Assembly: GCA_002269645.1 (NCBI GenBank) | Contig: NIVC01001269.1 | Coordinates: 124,001-188,000 of the forward strand | Reading direction: 5' to 3' | DNA from: Macrostomum lignano | Taxonomy: Eukaryota | Length of the DNA: 64,000 nucleotides | Shown here: in pieces, positions 61,569-64,000 of the stretch | Numbering within the stretch: the first letter of the stretch is position 1 | How the letters are laid out: every line of letters starts with the position of its first letter | Notes under the pieces: model-generated | Told to the model about the DNA's origin: nothing | The model's input: only the letters and a program-made list of their open reading frames with translations | The model's database searches: none | Program-made: the position numbers and the translations under genes

Positions 61569-64000
61569 ATGCATTTTGAAGCAAATGACGATCTGCTCAA
61601 AGGCAAGCAACGTGCTCAGTCGCTTAAAGTCGGGATGAAAGAGAAAGTTGTGCAACTCTACGATAGGCATTTCTCTGTGAGTTAGTTGCATTATAGTTTT
61701 CAGTAATTAAGTAAGTATGCTGGCTTTATGAGAATTTCTCTAATAAAAGAATACTTCAGTACTTTGTTTTTTAATAAAATTGTATATGCTATACTACTTT
61801 TTTTACTAACAGTAGAGTAGTTAGAATGTTTTGCGTATTCTTGTGTATTTGAAAGAAAATGTCGCAATTAAACAGGGCGAAGACATCTCTGGCGGATCGG
61901 ACAGTTTCTGGAACGAATTCTTTCTTTTGCGTGCCAACGTGCGCTACCTTCAGGCGCATTTCGAACGATGCGCCTGGGACGAATTGGCCTGCCAGAAGCC
62001 CGCAATCCGGCGCTTATTTGGCCACTGCACAGCGCCGCTGCAAAATCATCCAGCCATGGGCCAGGACGCCATTCGCCAGGCCAACGCATTGCAAACTCTC
62101 GCCTCTCTGATTCGAGGAGCTTTCAGCTGTCCGCCGACTGCTGTGGCCGCGGCCGAGGCGGCTGCAGTCGTCGGCGGCGGCGGCGTCAGCGTCAACGTCG
62201 GGGACGTCGACGAGCAGCAAATGGACAGTCAGCGCCCGAATCATCCGAATCTGGATTTGCTGATGCCGCCTAACGATGCGGAGTCTATTATGCAGGTATG
62301 TGCCGATATGTTGTATAGACAGTTTTATTGGCTTGTTTAAACAGGAATCTTGCTGATCAGTGATCAATACTAATCAACATTCTAGCCGATATGTTGTGTA
62401 GACATCTTTATTGGCTTGTTTAAACAGTAATCTTACTGATCAATACGAGTGCTAATCATCACGCTAGCCGATATGTTGTGTAGACAACTTTATTTGATTG
62501 TTTAGATAGCATTTTTACTGATCAATACTAATCAACATGCTAGCCGATATGTTGTGTAGACAACTTTATTGGGTTGTTTAGATAGCAATTTCACTGATCA
62601 ATACTAATCAGCATGATAGCCGATATGTTGTGTAGACAATTTTATTGGCTTGTTTAAACAGTAATTTCACTGATCAATACTAATCAACATGCTAGGCGAT
62701 ATGTTGTGTAGACAACTTTATTGGGTTGTTTAGATAGCATTTTCACTGATCAATACTAGTCAGCATGATAGCCGATATGTTGTGTAGACAACTTTATAAT
62801 GATCAAACCTAATTGCTTTTTCTGAAATTTAGGTTCGAAAAATAGCTTACCAATATGTTTCGTATTTAACTTTTTGAAGTACAAAATATTTACCATAATT
62901 AGCCAGAAAAAAACACTTGCTGAGATTTTTCAACTATTGGGAATTTCAAACTGCTAACTGTAAAACTCGCATTTACGAGCCGTGAAAGCGATTAATCTTG
63001 AATTTTTATTATAATTCGATCTTGCTACTTGCAGTAAGATGAGAGTAAATTGTTGGAAATTTAAATAAAAACAATTGCAGGATCTTCTTCACCGCCTCGC
63101 CTGTTGTTTATCCGACGATGTAGTCCAGCTTCCAATTAAAGCGCTGGCTATTAACCTGCTAGTTACTATGGCAACTGCCTGCGATCTACAATACAACCCC
63201 ATGCTGAGCTACCTGGTCTCCAGTCGGGTGTTCGACTGCTGCCTGCAGCTTTTCGCCTCCACTGAGCTGCGGCGAGAGTTTGGCGACTCCGTTTGCACCC
63301 TGCTGGCCATCATGCTGCAGGCGCACCGGCACAATGTACGTGTCTGTGTGTGTGTGTGTGTGTGTCTGCTTGTCCTGTCTGTCTGTCTGTCTGTCTGTCT
63401 GTCTTTCTGTCTGTATTTGTGACTGTCTGTCCGTCTGTCTGTCTGTCTGTCTGTATTTGTGACTGTCTGTCCGTCTGTCTGTCTGTCTGTCTGTATTTGT
63501 GACTGTCTGTCTGTCTGTATTTGTGACTGTCTGTCCGTCTGTATTTGTGACTGTCTGTCTGTCTCTATTTGTGACTGTCTGTCTGTCTGTCTGTCTGACT
63601 GTGTGTCTGTCTTTGTGTGTGTGTGTGTGTGTTTGTGTGTCTGCTTGTTTGTGTGTGTGTGTGTGTGTGTGTGTCTGTGTCTGTGTGTCTGTCTGTCTTA
63701 GTGTCTGTCTGTCTGTCTCTCTGTCTGTCTCTCTGTTAGTCCGTATTTTCACCGATGTATCTGTCTATTAATGTATCTTAAGAATTAAAAAGCTGCCGTA
63801 ATCTTTCAGATGGTGAACCCTTGCCTAGTTAAGCTTGCGGTTTTGGACGACAATCTCGTGCTCAATGTGAGCTGAGTGTAAAAATCAACAATCTGTACAC
63901 GTATGTGTAATATGTATGCGTATTCGTTAATGTGGAATATTTTTAATACTATTTCAGGGCTTTTCCTACGTGTTGTCACTCTCACTAGCGCAGTATAATG
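61569..64000 (+). CDS. ARMH3: Armadillo-like helical domain-containing protein 3 (C10orf76/UPF0668), 5' part; continues past the window end
   Basis: Exons 61569-61676, 61876-62295, 63081-63335, 63810-63866, 63958->64000, all phase 0. KEKVVQLYD, FWNEFFLLRAN, NALQTLASLIRG, INLLVTMAT, VNPCLVKLAVLDD match human ARMH3 motifs. Confidence 0.92.
62300..62800. repeat. ~76-bp tandem repeat (~6 copies), ARMH3 intron 2
   Basis: Unit tagccgatatgttgtgtagacaactttattggcttgtttaaacagtaatttcactgatcaatactaatcaacatgc. Confidence 0.9.
63340..63735. repeat. (GT)n/(GTCT)n compound microsatellite, ARMH3 intron 3
   Basis: Seen directly in the sequence. Confidence 0.95.

Noticed and set aside
5576-64000. Functional link between ATG9 and ARMH3 through PI4KB as a reason for linkage
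   Set aside because: The genes are 50 kb apart and separated by unrelated genes and TEs; nothing in the sequence supports co-regulation

Overview
This is eukaryotic (metazoan invertebrate) genomic DNA, not prokaryotic. It has GT-AG introns, polyQ/polyA-rich coding sequence and many intronic minisatellites. The style resembles the flatworm Macrostomum lignano, but that is an inference and was not verified. Five protein-coding genes lie on the + strand: ATG9 (4 exons); a 17-exon GH31 alpha-glucosidase (GAA/MGAM-like) with two apparent frame lesions and a predicted GPI-type tail; an 8-9 exon CTTNBP2-like gene; an intronless PDCD10/CCM3; and the 5' part of ARMH3/C10orf76, cut by the window end. 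A frameshifted rhodopsin-type GPCR fragment lies on the - strand. Mobile DNA includes a decayed mariner, a maT (DD37D) element whose transposase is broken only by a nested MITE, two related solo LTRs, two tRNA-derived SINE families (one CORE-like, one nested in the other), and several 8-bp-TSD MITEs. There are about 20 tandem arrays, including a 6.8-kb 23-bp satellite with a 1587-bp (69-monomer) higher-order repeat. The most interesting observations are: two STRIPAK-subunit genes side by side in a candidate trans-spliced operon; a GPI-type GH31 with a perfect RFX X-box upstream; a CTTNBP2 with no visible ankyrin exons and a translated 21-bp minisatellite; and the nearly restorable maT element. 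All coordinates and alignments were done by eye; human protein comparisons are from memory.
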